From positions 1 to 36,334 of the IMG/VR virus record IMGVR_UViG_3300048880_000020: DNA of 36,334 nt; one strand, 5' to 3'. The notes under the pieces are model-generated. The model ran no database searches. It had not been told where the DNA came from and saw only the letters and a list, made by a program, of their open reading frames with translations. Shown here in pieces: positions 35,085 to 36,334 of the stretch. The stretch comes from a virus (Duplodnaviria > Caudoviricetes). The stretch's first letter is position 1; each line of letters begins with the position of its first letter. Made by a program: the position numbers and the translations under genes.

Positions 35085-35816
35085 CTAGTACGGATTACTT
35101 GATGTTGCGGCCTCAACTACCAATGTACCTGCGGCCAGTACATCCCAGTCTCCCTCGGTGTCCTGTATAAAGAGATCGTAAGAATACGACCCTGAGGCAA
35201 TATCATTCTTGTCAGAGATGTGCAGGTCCAACGTAGTTCCAGAGCCCTCTACTCCGGGGGTTATGTACCCACGAGTATTTGCTGGAGAGAGGGCGATGAC
35301 GGTGGCTTCTGCGGGCTTGGTGGCATACCACCTCAGGTCCAGCGCCGTGACACCAGCGGAAGTCTTGGCCTGCATGTAGGCCGATTGGACAACCTGAACA
35401 ACGTCGTCAGCGTTCTTCCAAGTGAAGGTCCGATAGAAGTCTGTTTTCTGTGTGTACCTGAGTTCCAAGGCTTTGATGTCCTCCTCCGGGGTGATCCTGT
35501 CAACAGACGAGACGTTGACCAGCCCTTTGCTGACCTGCTTTTCGACATCTGCCCCATACAGTTTACACGTTGCGAATACGTCGTATGCGAGTTCTCCCGT
35601 AGGGAGATCCTTGGTCTGAGCAGCGGTGAGCGACAATGACACGCCATTCTCACCAGTAACTGCTGCCGTAACTTCCATTACTGACGTAGTACTCGTCTGA
35701 ATGTACGCACGGGCAGTGGATGGGGTTACAACCCGATGGGACCTGCGATCCTTGATGATGAGCAGCCGCTCCCACGGCATACCCCGGACAATGTCGTAGT
35801 TGACGTACCAGACCAT
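35085..35816 (-). CDS. Structural adaptor with two tandem beta-sandwich domains (LtfC/BppU-like, tentative)
   Basis: Two similar halves ending ...LSLTAAQT..L......YDV...KG.V.V and ...LHIS......YSYDL....LAAGTLVVE. Confidence 0.55.
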   Translation of the reverse strand: MVWYVNYDIVRGMPWERLLIIKDRRSHRVVTPSTARAYIQTSTTSVMEVTAAVTGENGVSLSLTAAQTKDLPTGELAYDVFATCKLYGADVEKQVSKGLVNVSSVDRITPEEDIKALELRYTQKTDFYRTFTWKNADDVVQVVQSAYMQAKTSAGVTALDLRWYATKPAEATVIALSPANTRGYITPGVEGSGTTLDLHISDKNDIASGSYSYDLFIQDTEGDWDVLAAGTLVVEAATSSNPY

Positions 35817-35822
35817 AGTATT

Positions 35823-35831
35823 AGTTTATCA
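35823..35831 (-). promoter_or_regulatory. Extended -10 element TGATAAACT, probably leaderless
   Basis: 6 nt upstream of ATG 35816; overlaps the upstream TGA stop. Confidence 0.55.
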
Positions 35832-36320
35832 CTCCCCTAGCGTCTCGTTCATGTCTTCAATGGCTCGGGCTTGGCGGTCTTCCACTGGGTTAGAGCGGTC
35901 GAAGGGATCGGGCTCGTCATAGTTAGGGCCACGGACATTCTGATCCTCGTAATCAAACTCGTCTCCGGGCAGACCACTGTGGGTGTCTCCTACCCACTCG
36001 CCACCCCCAGAGGGGTCAGCGAGGAAGTAGCCTTCGTCGGCGTCATCAAAGGGTTGGGGCTCATCTCGGAGTATGCTGGCAATCTCGGTGCCAGTCCTAC
36101 CGTGACCGCCCCCGTGGGACGCTAGACGGTTTACTAGGTTGTCGACATGAACCCGTCCGAGTTCGGAGAGTTCGTTGGTACGGTTGCCGTAGCGCTCTCG
36201 TCCTTGCCTATTGTCATAGATACTCTGGGCCACTCTCGGGTCCGGGCTGATGTTGCCACCGCGTGGCCGGTAAGCCGCTGTCCAGAGAGCATCAAACTGG
36301 GGGCTGGTAGGTTCTGGCAT
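35829..36320 (-). CDS. Hypothetical acidic protein
   Basis: 163-aa ORF tiling upstream of the structural genes; no motif recognised. Confidence 0.6.
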   Translation of the reverse strand: MPEPTSPQFDALWTAAYRPRGGNISPDPRVAQSIYDNRQGRERYGNRTNELSELGRVHVDNLVNRLASHGGGHGRTGTEIASILRDEPQPFDDADEGYFLADPSGGGEWVGDTHSGLPGDEFDYEDQNVRGPNYDEPDPFDRSNPVEDRQARAIEDMNETLGE

Positions 36321-36334
36321 TATCTCATCACCTG

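Noticed and set aside
1-36334. tRNA/ncRNA genes, integrase/att sites, or stop-codon reassignment
   Set aside because: Intergenic gaps are under about 100 nt with no cloverleaf seen, there is no integrase, and genes tile fully with the standard code using all three stop codons.

Overview
The window is a dense, mostly minus-strand segment of a tailed dsDNA phage genome with no host housekeeping genes. An actinobacterial host is inferred from an r1t-type holin, a PASTA domain and recurrent TGnTAnnnT promoters, several apparently leaderless. In minus-strand order it holds: fibre/adaptor genes (35816-30051); a small PASTA-domain protein ending in 16 PP[H/F]F repeats (29611-30048); about 10 kb of oxidative enzymes (six prolyl-4-hydroxylase-like 2OG-Fe(II) oxygenases, a TauD-like oxygenase, two DUF6065-like proteins, a divergent glutathione-peroxidase-like protein, an NAD(P)-binding oxidoreductase and a methyltransferase-like protein) split into two convergent units; a 1227-aa acidic lipoprotein; PL14-like lyase and KTSC genes; TerL; accessory genes and a holin; portal, scaffold and N4-gp56-type major capsid; and an S74-chaperone fibre gene missed by the ORF track that runs off the left edge. 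The lead hypothesis is a phage-encoded protein-modification system in which the hydroxylase array tailors the adjacent Pro/His/Phe-repeat protein. All family calls come from motifs recognised by eye; no searches were run.
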